Assembly: GCA_051294375.1 (NCBI GenBank) | Contig: CM119263.1 | Location: 21,870,494-21,934,493, forward strand | Direction of reading: 5' to 3' | Source of the DNA: Paraspadella gotoi | Taxonomy: Eukaryota > Animalia > Chaetognatha | DNA length: 64,000 bases | In this document: piece after piece, positions 1 to 12,106 of the stretch | Layout of the letters: every line of letters starts with the position of its first letter | How positions within the stretch are numbered: the first letter of the stretch is position 1 | Position numbers and translations under genes: made by a program | Notes under the pieces: model-generated | The model's database searches: none | What the model saw: the letters and a program-made list of their open reading frames with translations, nothing else | What the model was told of the DNA's origin: nothing

Positions 1-15
1 AAATGACGTCTTCAG

Positions 16-497
16 GTGTCGGCGTCACGGTCGACGCCTTCTATGAATTCCGCGACGCCGCCGACGAACTTTACCTCCTCGTCATAAGCGGCGCTCGCAA
101 GGGGGTCTTAACGACGCCGGTCGGCAGCTCCGGCGCCGTCGCCGCGGCGTCGCCGGGTCTCGTGGACGGCGCGGATGTGGCTATCGGCGCCACCTCCCTC
201 TTCCGCTGGCAAGGCTCCTTCGTATTCGTCCAGACGTTGGAGACGGACGGCGCTACAGCGGCGACGAGCTTCGTCGTGGACGAGGTCACTTATCTCGTCG
301 TCGCCAATCGCGGGGAGACGGGGCGTCACTCGGCGAAGTCGCGCGTCTATCGGATGACGGAGGACGGTCTCGTCGTCGTTCAGGACGTGGACACGGACGG
401 CGCCGCTGACGTGGACTCGTTCGAAGCCGAAGGGCGGCGCTACTTGATCGTCGCCAATGAGTTGAACACGGCGGAGCAGAGGGACATTCCGTCTAAG
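16..497 (+). CDS. ADGRV1: ADGRV1 exon: EAR/EPTP repeats
   Basis: Probable acceptor TTCAG at 11-15; reads ...LFRWQGSFVFVQTL...TYLVVAN...RYLIVANE...PSK; donor AAG|GTTGTT at 498, phase 0. Confidence 0.8.
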
Positions 498-3400
498 GTT
501 GTTGGGTTGGGGATGATGACTATCATAATTATGGTGATGAAAACTATGATGACGTTTTCAACTTGAAATTATTTAAAAATTTTCAACAATTATTTTTTAT
601 AGTGAAATATTAAATTGAAATTTAAAGGTTTTGTTTTACATACGTAATTAGTAGGTTAGTAAATTTAAAGTTTTCTAAACTTGTCATCTTTAAAAGTTAA
701 AAAAAAAATTAGTTGTATGAAAAATTTAATATTAAAATATTTACGAATAAAAAGTCAAGATTCTAACAATTCCAACAGGTCTTCCGCTGGGACGACGCCC
801 TCGGCCGCTTCGCTTCCTCAGCCGTCGACGCTGTCTCCACTCGCGGCGCCAAAAAGTGTCTCGTTTTCAACATCGGACGCGACGTCTTCGTCTTCTTCGC
901 CAACTCCTTCGACTCTGTCCAGGGAAGTTCCGAGATCAACTCCTTCCTCTACCAGTGGTCCGTCGATGTCGCCAAGTTCGAGTGGCGCCAAGACTTTCCC
1001 ACCTTCGGCGCCGTCGACGCCACGCACCTACTTCATGCCGGCGACCATCTGCTCTTCGTCGCCAACGAGATCGACAACCGGAGAAACGCCGAGTTGGAGT
1101 CGCCCGTTTATCTGTGGGACACGGCGACGGGCAAGTTCATCCGGATGGGATCGACGAGGACGAAGAGGATTCGATCCATCGATTCCTTCGTCGGAGTCGA
1201 TGGAGAGGCTTATCTCGTTTTGGGCAACGGGGATGATTCAGTTCAAGTTCGCCACTGGGATCACGCCAAAGAAGGTCTTACGCTTGGCTGAGGCTAATGA
1301 TATATATATTATATATTATATTTTTTAACAAATATTATCTATCGTTAAAAAATCTACCAAAAAAATAATTCTAAAATATAATGACAAAAATATAATGACA
1401 AAAATTTCAAAATAAAGAAAATTTACCAAAAATTGTTGGTATAAAAAAAACTTTACTAAAAAAATTGGGAAAAAAATACGTACGTAAAAAAATAATTAAA
1501 AAGAATGACACTTGGAGTAAGTTACTACTATTAATACTATTATACTATATTCAGAGTGATTAACTCAATCTCATTTGTTAATATCCTAAAAAAAAACATC
1601 CGTTACAGGTCCTCAACGAGCCCATAGTCACCGGGCCGCCGGCTCGAGCAGTTCGTGGATTTTCTGTCATTCAGCAACGAACGAAAATCAACATGATTCT
1701 GTGGTCGCCTCGTGGAGCGATCGAAAATGAGGCGACGACGGCGACAGTCTTCGATCTGGCCTTCGTCGATCCCTCCTCCGATTACGTTCCCCGAACCATC
1801 ACCGCCATCTTTCGATCCGGTGAGACGATGGTTCCCGTCGTCGTCAACATGCTGGACAATGAATTGCCGGAGCGGGAAGAGTCTTTTTTAGTCGAGCTGA
1901 CCAATCCTGGATACGGCGCCGAGATTAAAGAAAACGGCGCCGTCCGTGTCAACGTCCTCCCCAACGACGACGCTTACGGCGTCGTCCAATTCGCCGAAGA
2001 GTCTCGCGACCAGAGGGAGGAAGAGTTGGAGGAGGATCATCAAGTCAACGTCCGCGTGGAGAGAATCAAAGGGACTTTGGGCAAAGTGGAGATCGAGTGG
2101 GAATTGACGGGCGACAATAATTTGGAACAAGATTTGGTGCCGCTGAGTGGAAGCGTTACTTTCGAGGATGGGCAGGATTTGGCCTTCATCGCCTTGAGGA
2201 TCAGACCGGATCCACATCCAGAGTTGGACGAAGTCTCCTTCATACGATTGACGAGAATCATCCAAAGAGGAACCAAGGTTGAAGGCAAAGGAGTCACAAT
2301 CGGTGAGCATTCAGTGAGCCGGTTCACCGTAATGGCCAACGATTCTCCTCACGGAGTCGTTTCTTGGGGGACGGAGAGTCTGAGCGTGAGAGAGCCCGAA
2401 GGCATGGCCTCGACAGCCACGGTTTATATATTAAGAGAGCAAGGTTCCTTGGGAACCATCGACGTCGTTTATGAGACATTGAGAGCCCAGGATTTGCCGT
2501 TGGCCAGCCAGGCCGTAGCGGGTAAAGACTACGAAGCTGTGAGAGAGACTGTTTTCATGCATGAGAACGAGACCAGGGTTCCCATTCAGATAACCTTATT
2601 ACCCGATAACGATCCAGAGGCACCGGAAACTTTTTTGATCAATATTACCGAAGTTACCTATTTAGGAGGAACTCCGACGGGCAGTTTGCCGAGTATTAAA
2701 GCTGGGGATTCTGAAATAGTCGCTGTGACGATCACGGAAAATGACAATCCCCAGGGTATAGTTCAATTTTCTGTCACAAGAAATCTGCTAGGAGTGATTG
2801 ATGCCTTTGAAATTCCCGATCAACAATTTACACTGAAACTCGCAGTAGGAAGAAGTAGAGGAACCTTTGGGATTATCGAAGTCGACTGGATGGCAATCAC
2901 TGGATCCGCAACCGAAGAAGATTTTGGCCCTTTAAAAGGAACAGTCACTTTGCCTGAGGGGGAAAGATTGGTGGAGATTGAAATTAATATATTTGACGAT
3001 GAAATTCCCGAAGGAGTCGAAAGATTTACTGTTGCTTTGGAGAGAGTGAGAGGAGGGGCTGAATTGGGCCCAGATAACAACGTTAAAGTTGATATCATTA
3101 GAAATGATTCGCCGAATGGGCTATTTTCATTTGCGGATTCTGAGAAAGCCGTCGATGAGAGTCCATCAATTACGGAAACAAATTCCGTAACATTCGAAGT
3201 GATCAGAACTCAAGGGATGGAAGGATTAGTAAATGTTCAATGGCGTTTGGAGCAATCGGCTCAAAATGACTTTTACGAGCCATTCACAGGATTTTTAATC
3301 TTTGATGAAAATCAGGTTTCCAAAGTTATAACCCTTACGACCAAACCAGATCAAGATTTGGAGGGAGAAGAAAGATTCACATTATCGCTTGTTAGTGCAG

Positions 3401-6400
3401 ACAATAACGCTAACATAAATCCGCTCAAAGCTGATGCAACAGTTATTGTTACATCTAATCCTGGAGCAGCAGGTAAAATATCGATAGCGAGTGAGAGTAG
3501 AGCAATAATCATGGGAGAACCAGAAAACGATTACAAAGGTACAAAAGAAATAAAGCTTTTGAGAGGGATCGGTATATATGGCCAAGTCAGTGTCGAATGG
3601 CAGATTACACCCAGAGATTCAAGTTCATTTACAGATTTTAAGGGGACTGTTACATTTGAAGATTTGCAAGAAGAAGCTTTTGTTTTACTTCAAACTGATG
3701 ACGATAAAACGCCAGAAAGATATCAAACTTATGTTTTTGAACTAACTTCTGTCGTTGGAAATGCGGAAATTGATACTAATCAAAATAGTGCTACTGTTAT
3801 TATAACTTCCTCCGATCATCCCTTTGGTCAGTTCGGATTTGGGGAAGATAATTTAAAAAGTGTCGATGAGGAAAATAATCAGCTGATTAGGATTCCAGTG
3901 TACAGAGATTTAGGTGTCGTTGGAACAGTCAGAGTCACATACATCACAACGAGTCATACCGCAGTTGGCAATGAGGATTTCCAAGATGCCTCGGGTTTAC
4001 TAACATTCAATTCTGACGAAAGAGTAAAAGAATTGTCCATCGTCATTTTAAACGATGAACTTCCAGAGAGTCCCGAGTCTTTCTTTGTTAATATTACGGA
4101 AGTCGAGTTATTAAATCCCATTATAAATACAACCATACTTTCAGAGGGACTTACGCTGGATGTCCATCCATCAATAGGCAAATTTTCATTTACAGAAATT
4201 GTTATTGAAAAAAATGATAACGCTGAAGGTGTTATTCAATTTTCAGAAGAATCGGTGCAATTTTCGGTCAAAGAAGAAGAAGGTATTGCGAAAATTCCCG
4301 TAATTAGAAGTCAAGGAGATTATGGTCGAGTTTCTGCCAAATATACATCAACTGGAATGACAGCTACATCTGGTGGCATTGACTTTTTGCTTGATGATGG
4401 AGAGGTTGTTTTTGAAAATGGTCAAACTACCAACTTTATTCAAGTCGCAATCAATGACGACTCCGAGAGAGAAGTCGCTGAAAAGTTTCAGATTGATTTA
4501 ACTCTTCCAAGACATGGTTCAAGGCTTGGTGATCGTAAAATTAGTCAGGTAACTATCGAACAGAGTGACTATCCATTTGGAAAGTTCAGTTTTGCAGAAC
4601 CATTGTTAATAGAAATAAATAATCCAACATCGATCGAGCAAAGAACATTTACTATAACGCGGACTGAGGGTCTTGAGGGCACACAAGTGGTGCAATGGAA
4701 TATTCTTGGTCCCAACAATGAGGAACCTTTGGGTGGGGTTACCAACGATATATCCCTCGCAAATGATGTACTCACAAGTGGAACTTTTACATGGAATGAC
4801 GATGAAGCCGGATCAAAGCATTTCACGCTAGATATTAAACCTTACACGGCCCCCGAAGAAGAAGAAGTTTTTCTTATTAAAATAACAGACATAACTGAAG
4901 CTAACGGAAATCAAGGAGAAGCAAACCCAGAGGCCGATCATGTAAAGTTTCGAATATTAAAACATGGAGATCCAAATGGAAGAGTCAGATTCGTTGGCGA
5001 GGCTTTAACCGAACGAAGTTACGACGAACCACAAAGTGAAGCTGTCGAGCAGACGATTCTATTTCCACTAACCAGATTTGAAGGAACAAGAGGCGATTTG
5101 GAGGTTTTCTTTAAAGTGAATGGGCCGAGTAACCCAGAGGCTTTAGACCTTGATCCTCGCATAGGAAGTATCATAATACCAGATGCAACACGGAATGGTA
5201 ACATTAGATTAACAGTTTTAGCCGACGATGATCCAGAAGAAATGGAACGTTTTGTTGTTGAATTAACTGATGTTAAAGGAGGCGCAGAAATTGAAAATTT
5301 CGATAATGAGGCCCTGATTAGTATAAGAGCGAATGATGATCCCCATGGTGTATTTATAATTGAGACTAAAGACCAGTCAATAGTTGTTAATGTCGATCTA
5401 AGCCGGCAATTGAAAATAATTATTAAACGGCTTCAAGGAACAGTGGGTCAAGTGAGAGTAAGCTTTAGCATTTCATACGACAACGCACAACTTGGAATAT
5501 CGTACACTCCGTCCTCTTCCAGTATTATTTTCAACAACGGTGAAAATTTAAAAACAGCTTACATAAATATTGATCCAACCGTTTTTCTTTCTTTCGAGTC
5601 GTCTTTCACAGTTACAATAACGCAGGAGGAATACCTTGATAGCCCTGTGAGTATCCTTCCCCGAAGAGATTCTGTGAAATACCAAGCAAAAATCAAAGTA
5701 CCAATGGAAGCCGCTAATTCGGAAGTCGGTTTTGAAAAAACTATTGTTAACGTGGATGACGCGACGAACTTGGCAAAAATAAATGTGCAGAGATTAGGAA
5801 CCTATGGAAATCTGGAAGTAACCTGGCGAGATGGTCCCGATGAACCCCCTAGTGATGGAACTAAATTAGGTAGAATAATGCCAGAAACTGGAATCGTCAC
5901 GTTGGTGAATGGTCAAGAGATTGGAACTCTGAATGTGGCGACTTATCCAAATTTTAAAGAGGATGAAATTTTTGCAGTAAGAATCGAAAGTTTGATTACC
6001 AACGTGGGTGGTGGGGCGAGGAAAAGAAGCGGATTTTCTCAGACTGTCATAGATTTGAATGGGGTATTGCAATTTTCCGAAGTATCTCGTGAAATTGCCG
6101 TCTCTGAAGACGATGATAAAATAATTCTTAAGCTCGAAAGATTATTCGGCGTTCAAGGAAACATTCGAGTAAGATTTCAAACGTGGACCAAAAGTGCTCA
6201 ACCAGATATTGATTACATCAACATTCCATCTTCAAACGGAATTCTGATTTTGAACGACGGTCAAAATGAAGCGGACATAGAGGTTACGGTCTTGCCTGAT
6301 AATATTCCTGAGGTAGCGAAAGTCTTCTTTGTCAATTTAACATCGGTAGAATCCTTACCAACTTCCGATCCAGAAGCGATAACCCCGAGAGTAAGTAGCG

Positions 6401-9400
6401 AATTTTCAGTCGCACAAATTACAATTAAAGCCTCCGACGATCCTTATGGAATTTTGAGCTTCAGCACGACCCCGCTTCAAGTGGATGAAGCGCCGAATAG
6501 CGATAGCAGCGTAGTGCCTTTGAAGATCTTGAGAACCGGTGGAAATTCCGGGTCCATCACCATCAACGTGAGAACGATCGGAAAGGGAGAACCTTGGCTC
6601 GCGGAAGTGTTGGCGAATTCTCGTGATAGATCAACCGACGAATCTTCTCTCTACAATGCTTACCAAGATGCCAAGGACGAGGTGAAGGCGGAGGCCGACT
6701 CTGACTACGTCAAACTCGATAAACCGGTTACGTTTTCCGAAGGAGAAATCGAAAAAACGGTTCAATTGGTTCTTTTGAACGATAGACAAGCGGAAGGCGC
6801 CGAGGTGTTGTTCGTCACCCTTGGCAACGTGTTGCCCTCGGAATCCGCGAGGATCGCCGAGGCGGGCACAGATGGCGGAAAAGTTGGTTACGCGAAAATC
6901 ATCATCAGAGCCAACGACGAATGGAACGGACAACTGGGATTCCAATCGACCTCTTTGATCGCGACAATAAACGAAGATTCGCTCGATCCCAAAGTCACCC
7001 TCGGTCTCAATAGAGAGATAGGTTTCGGAGCCACGACCGTCGAATGGAGAGCGACTTACGACAGGGATCGAAACTACGACAACGACGGTCCCCTGTTAGA
7101 ACAATTGGAAGAAGTTCAGGGACAAACTAGTTGTCCCGCCGGAACTTTGGAATGTTCCATCGAAGTAACAGCTAAAAAAGACAACCTTCCCGAATTCGCC
7201 ATAAATTTTTTGATCGAACTGGTCGCCGCCATCCCCGGCGCCAGCATAGATCCTTCGCGAAAGTATTCCAATGTCACCATCGCCCCCAGCGATCATCCCA
7301 ACGGACTCATTGGTTTCGACCAACTCTCCATCATTCGAAAATCGGAACCTAATGACCGGAGGGCCATCTTGACCGTAGTTCGATCTCAAGGCGACAGCGG
7401 CGCCGTCTCGGTGGCATATCACACCGCTGATACGGAAGGCACCCAGGTGTCGGTCGGTGGAGTGACCATGTTCCAAGCATTGGAGAACGCAGACTACTCC
7501 TACGCTCAAGGGACCATCGCTTTTGCCAACGGCGAAAGAAGAAAGGACATTGAGATTCCGTTGACTCCGGAATCTGCCTCCAGCAACCCCCTGCCTAAAG
7601 CCTTTCGCGTCATGCTCAAGTCGCCCGTCGGTGGCGCCGCCATCGACCCTCGAGCCTCTGTCTCCAGCGTCGCTGTCATGGAACCGGAAATGGTGGGCGC
7701 CAAAATTTGGGGCATTCGTTCCCGCGCATTGGGCGTTGTGGAAACCGACGCCGTTGATCTCGTGCTGAGCGATCTATACGACGCGTTGGACGAAGGCGCC
7801 GCTTCTCTCTCCGAGTTCGAAGCCGCCGTCGTCGAGGACACGCTCGGGAATCTCCTAGACCACTTCGAGGATCCCGTGGCACAGAGGGTGGTCAGACCCG
7901 CCACCGCGAACCGGTTCATGAACGCCTTCTGCAAACTCTTAGAACCGACGAGATCCGACGTTAGTGGTCGATTCAGTCTCGGCCGTCAGATGGAGAAATT
8001 CGCTTTCGCTCTTTTGAACGATCGAGGAGAATGCGGGGACGACGCCCTGGACTCCATGATCGATTCTCCAGCATGTCCGTTGGCGAAGTTCCAGGTCGGT
8101 TGGATGACGATCACGGTGATAATTAATAATAATACATAATTAATTTTAAAAACACGTATTTTGGAGAAAATAATTTCAAAATTAAGATTTTTTATAATGA
8201 CAATGTGAGGAAATTCTTAATAGAATTTTAATGATAAATTTTAGAAACTTCATTACTTGACATTTACGATGAACAGCATATAACTTCCCTACCGCCAGGT
8301 GGCCAGATGGAAAATCTCCAAGTTGTCCGGTTACAAGTTCGACGGTCGCAACATCGACTCGCTCAAAGTCCCGGACAATCTGGCGACCGTGTTGGAGGCC
8401 ACCTCGATGGAAGAGTGCAGAGACGCTGTCTTCATTGAATACCACTCTGACAATTGGTTCGCCGCGGAAGGTAAAGAAGACAAGCTCTTTTAATATTTAG
8501 TAGTTTTGGTTTATCAATTATTTATCTATTATAAAAATATCATAATCAGAGAACGTCAGAAATGAGAGAGAAGTATTGACAATTTGTGTCCTTATTTGCA
8601 ACTTATATTTGCAACTTACAGGGACCTGTTATGTCATTATCTTGTAACAGTGATGGAGGCCTTAAACCACCAAAGCCTGTCCAAAGTCAGGGGCAAGATA
8701 GCTTATTTATCCATCAACCAAACTTACTTTTCCCCGCTCCATCCAGGTCAAGAGGGTCTCCTCAGCCAGCGACCGCTGACCTTTTCCATCCGCGACTTCG
8801 AATCCCAGGCGATCACCGTCCCCAACTCCTTCGTCGAGTTTCAAATTCGGTCGGCCGAAGATCGCGTCACCGCCATCAAACCCAAATGCCTTTACTTCAG
8901 GTTAAATCACGTTTGTTTACCTCCTTATTAAATTTTATTTTATTAAGAAATTTGTACCACAATATTAAAATTATCAATTTATTTATTAAATATTTCATAA
9001 ATAATAAATAAATTATGTTTTTGTTGTCGACATTCGAGTTTATGGATGATAGCAAGTCATTGTTAGAGTTTGAGTTTGAAATAGAATATAATGACATACA
9101 GAAAAATAAAAAACAAACAAAATTAAAACAAAATCAAATCCTTCTATTTTAGCGAGGCCCTCGGCCAGTGGGAGGGCAGCGACGGATCGGCGCCCGTCTG
9201 CTCCCTCGTCCGTGAGACTTCAGACTTCGTCGAATGCAGATGCCGCCACCTGTCGTCGTTCGCCGCCCGCGCCGTCCTCGACGACACCGGCATCGCTGAT
9301 TACGGAATCCCCTTTTACGCTTGCGTCGGGGTCGTCTTGGTAACCAAAAATGTTTCTTCTAAATTGTATTTTGTTTACATTGATATTAGGTTATTCATTT

Positions 9401-11657
9401 TTTCATTACGCCTTTTGAAAGATTATTTTATACTTTTTATACTTTGGTTTGTATATTATTCTTTTGCATTCTCCTTCCGCTAACCACGCTTCCTCCCAAT
9501 CCACTGCAGTTCTGTCTCCTCTTCCCGCTCGTGGTACACCACGCCTGTATCTTCTACTCTATGTTTTCCGCGTCTCTGTTGATGCACATGATCGCCGCCG
9601 CCTTCGCCGCCAATCTCGTCTACCTCATCGCCGTCGCAACCTCCACGCCCATGCTGTTGGATCCCGGGAGGTAAGTGCGGGGGCGGATAAGTTTTTTCTC
9701 TCTTTCTTTTATCTTATTTTCATCTTTTTTCCATCTCTTAGTTCCAACTGGAAGTGTACGGTGATGGGAATTTTCATGCATTATTTCTTTTTGACGCAAT
9801 TCTCTTGGATGGTGGTGCAAGCTTTTAATTTATGGAAAATTCTTGGTGAGTGCGAGATTATTATTATTATTATTATTACTTTACATAGTTCAGCATATTT
9901 TTAACTAATATTTCCTTAGTTATGAACGACGAGCACACGGACCGCATGTTTATCCCCTTGCTTTTCGTTGGATGGGGACTGCCCGCCGTCTTCGTCGCCA
10001 TTTTTTATTTGATTCTTTTCAATTTGATCAAATATCATCTGACTTCTTTCGATGAGTCTTTTATCTACGGCGACGTTCATAACAATGCTAAAATGTATGT
10101 ATTTTGTTCCAATGTTTGAGAGGAATTGTAAGTTGTATATAAATAATAGATTAATGCCTTTTTTCAGATGTTTTCTCACTAATCCCTACTACGCCTTGGT
10201 CGGTATCGTCATGCCTTTATTCTTGGCCGTTCTGGCCATTGCTATTTTGTTCGTTCAAGCATTTCAAGTTAGGCAGCAATGGGAAGCTTACGATGACATC
10301 TACAGAACGAGATACAATCTTAAAGGTTTAGCCTTTTGTTTAATTCAAAATTACGAATTTTTAATAAACTTTTGGTTCTGAAATTTTCATTTTAGAGATT
10401 AAATATTTGCTATCATTCTGGTCCTTGATCGGGATCACCTGGTTGTTTGGAGGCCTTCATTTAGCCTTCGGGGATATCTGGTTGTTGATTCTTTTCTTGA
10501 TATTGGATCTTGTCCAGGTAAGTTTTCAAGTTAATGGTAATGATGCATGAACTAAATTGCTAAGAAAATGACTGGTTTTAATTTTTAGGGATTCTATGCA
10601 CTCATCGTCTACGGCGTCATTCGCAATCCCTGTTTTTGTTTCCGTTCGAAAGACGATACTTACTTTTTTGGCGCCGACTCCGATCTCGCCATCGACGCCT
10701 TGCAAAAATTTGCCGGCGGAACCTTTCCCTCCGGTAAGTTTTTTTACGGTCTACCTCGCCAGGTCCTCGCCCTGTTTCTATTCAGCAGTAATTTCGTCAA
10801 ACTTGTAAATTTATAAAGTAATTGTCATGAAACAAAAAATTTCAAACGCCAATAAAGAAATTTTAATGAATGTTATAACTTAGAGAAAATATATATATAT
10901 ATATATAATAAAATTAGAGGATATTAAACAATTTTTATGGATTGAACATTTGTTTGGGTAAGTCTGGTTAATTAATGACAATTGACTCTTTATTTTTTTC
11001 TTTTAGATTTAAATTCAAAAATCCTTGTCGTTTTAATGATCGAAAATATAATTTTATTTTCTATCCAAACATCTGTCTTAAGTTTCGGGTTGGTTAGCCT
11101 TGCTTTTGCAGCTAAAATAACAAAATCATTCCATGTTTCCTGTTTTAAAACTAAAACCTAATCAATAATTAAAAAAAAAACAATATTCAACTCCAAACCC
11201 TGTTCTTCCCACATGAGACGGGGTCGGCACTTTACCCAGCCACGGTCCCGGGTTCGACACCCTACGCAGCGCCTACAAAACGAAAGGGGACAGCTGGGGT
11301 CGCGACACTCTGGCGCGACATCTCAACAAAATAGCATCGAGCGCGACGCCGGTTTACAACCTCAACTCTTACAAAGGCCAGACGGTGTCGTCGTCGCGTC
11401 TGACGGGCCGGAGAGAATCGGAGAGGTTATTGGACGATATGAAATAATAATTTATAGAATTAGTCAATATTTGTTTTTTAATGTTTTGTGTTAAATCGTT
11501 TCACTTTTGTTTCAGATCGAACGATTTCGAAGACTTGATCTTCGCCTTGAACGCCGGCGACGCTTTGACGACGCCGACGCCACGCGACGTCTATCGTGAC
11601 AAAGATGGCGTCGCTTACAACGTCCGACGCGTTCCCATCGCCGATACGCATCTGTGA
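16..11657 (+). CDS. ADGRV1: Adhesion GPCR V1 (VLGR1/GPR98) orthologue, 3' portion; 14 exons in window, 5' part lies upstream
   Basis: Domain order EAR/EPTP repeats -> many Calx-beta repeats -> GPS -> 7TM -> tail 'NDFEDLIFAL...VRRVPIADTHL*', matching the recalled vertebrate ADGRV1 tail (FDDLIFALK...LRRIPIADTHL). All GT-AG junctions from 8094 onward are phase-consistent. Confidence 0.95.
779..1274 (+). CDS. ADGRV1: ADGRV1 exon: EAR/EPTP repeats (3' boundary has a 1-nt phase conflict)
   Basis: Acceptor CAACAG at 773-778; frame VFRWDDALGRF...FVFFANSF...SFLYQW...LFVANE...VYLWD...HWDHAKE; donor GAAG|GTCTTA at 1275. Confidence 0.85.
1609..8094 (+). CDS. ADGRV1: ADGRV1 giant exon (6486 nt): tandem Calx-beta repeats and start of the GAIN region
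   Basis: Acceptor TTACAG at 1603-1608, in frame with the 2148-aa ORF; recurring Calx-beta motifs (G.V.F..G, I.DD..PE..E.F.V.L, I..ND.P.G...F); donor CAG|GTCGGT at 8095. Confidence 0.95.
8299..8470 (+). CDS. ADGRV1: ADGRV1 exon (GAIN region)
   Basis: CCAG|GTG acceptor; VARWKISK...FIEYHSDNWFAAE; donor G|GTAAAG, phase 1. Confidence 0.85.
8614..8710 (+). repeat. Fragment of ~325-bp dispersed repeat family, in an ADGRV1 intron
   Basis: Near-identical to about 13172-13270 (cagggacctg...gtcattatcttgtaa...caaagtcaggggcaagatagcttatttat). Confidence 0.9.
8747..8900 (+). CDS. ADGRV1: ADGRV1 exon (GAIN region)
   Basis: ATCCAG acceptor, phase 1; GQEGLLSQRPLTFS...KPKCLYF; donor AG|GTTAAA, phase 2. Confidence 0.85.
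9153..9339 (+). CDS. ADGRV1: ADGRV1 exon: GPS motif and start of TM1
   Basis: Not in the ORF track. TTTTAG acceptor; SEALGQW...VCSLVRETSDFVECRCRHLSSFAARA...FYACVGVVL; donor TTG|GTAACC. Confidence 0.92.
9510..9670 (+). CDS. ADGRV1: ADGRV1 exon: TM1-TM2
   Basis: CTGCAG acceptor; FCLLFPLVVHH...SMFSASLLMHM...; donor AG|GTAAGT. Confidence 0.9.
9742..9845 (+). CDS. ADGRV1: ADGRV1 exon: TM3
   Basis: CTVMGIFMHYFFLTQFSWMVVQAFNLW, a typical adhesion-GPCR TM3; donor G|GTGAGT. Confidence 0.92.
9920..10094 (+). CDS. ADGRV1: ADGRV1 exon: TM4-ECL2
   Basis: VMNDEHTDR...GWGLPAVFV...IYGDVH; donor AT|GTATGT. Confidence 0.92.
10168..10325 (+). CDS. ADGRV1: ADGRV1 exon: TM5-ICL3
   Basis: CFLTNPYYAL...QWEAYDDIYRTRYNLK; acceptor TTTCAG, donor G|GTTTAG. 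Confidence 0.9.
10396..10517 (+). CDS. ADGRV1: ADGRV1 exon: TM6-TM7
   Basis: EIKYLLSFWSLIGITWLFGGLHLAF...LVQ; donor CAG|GTAAGT. Confidence 0.92.
10589..10733 (+). CDS. ADGRV1: ADGRV1 exon: end of TM7 and helix 8
   Basis: GFYALIVYGVIRNPCFC...; donor G|GTAAGT, phase 1. Confidence 0.88.
11218..11425 (+). CDS. ADGRV1: ADGRV1 exon: cytoplasmic tail
   Basis: GC-rich open block whose phases (1 in, 2 out) bridge the flanking exons; acceptor is a less common GAG. Confidence 0.7.
11516..11657 (+). CDS. ADGRV1: ADGRV1 last coding exon with PDZ-binding motif
   Basis: TTTCAG acceptor; SNDFEDLIFALNAG...VRRVPIADTHL then TGA at 11655-11657. Confidence 0.95.
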
Positions 11658-12100
11658 CGGTAATCGTTTTTGAAGAATCACGTGAATTAATCGCTTCTTG
11701 TCCGTGAATTAAGATTTTGTTATTTCTACGTAGGATTCACGCAACTATTGAGTATTTGATGATTTTAATCATTGTTGAACTTTTAAACTGTCCTTTTTTT
11801 CGTGGAGGAGATGTGTAATTGTATAATAAATAGTGCGCCTTTTTATTTGTAAAAGGCTTGTGATATGTGTATACACTCCGCTTTTACTATTACTTTTTCA
11901 ATTGATATTATGAAGCCGTCCATTTTTTTTTAAATATACGTACCTCATGAAAACTTTTTAAGAAATCGATCACGCACAATTGTTTTATTTTTTTGGTTGT
12001 ATTGAGTATTTATGCAAACCAGTCATTTTTATATTTGTAATTGATCTCATGTATTTATTACTTCCATTCGATAACTTTATTTAAACATGACACTATTTTC

Positions 12101-12106
12101 AATAAA
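12101..12106 (+). terminator. Candidate polyadenylation signal of ADGRV1 (a second AATAAA lies at 11825-11830)
   Basis: AATAAA about 450 nt after the stop, followed by T-rich sequence. Confidence 0.4.

Noticed and set aside
681-1328. 215-aa Ser/Pro-rich ORF, and the overlapping 856-1236 ORF
   Set aside because: Alternative frames of the EAR-repeat exon; the true frame starts at 779.
1504-1516. Possible micro-exon before GTAAGT at 1517 to fix the ADGRV1 phase conflict
   Set aside because: 13 nt gives phase 2 rather than 0, and there is no pyrimidine tract.
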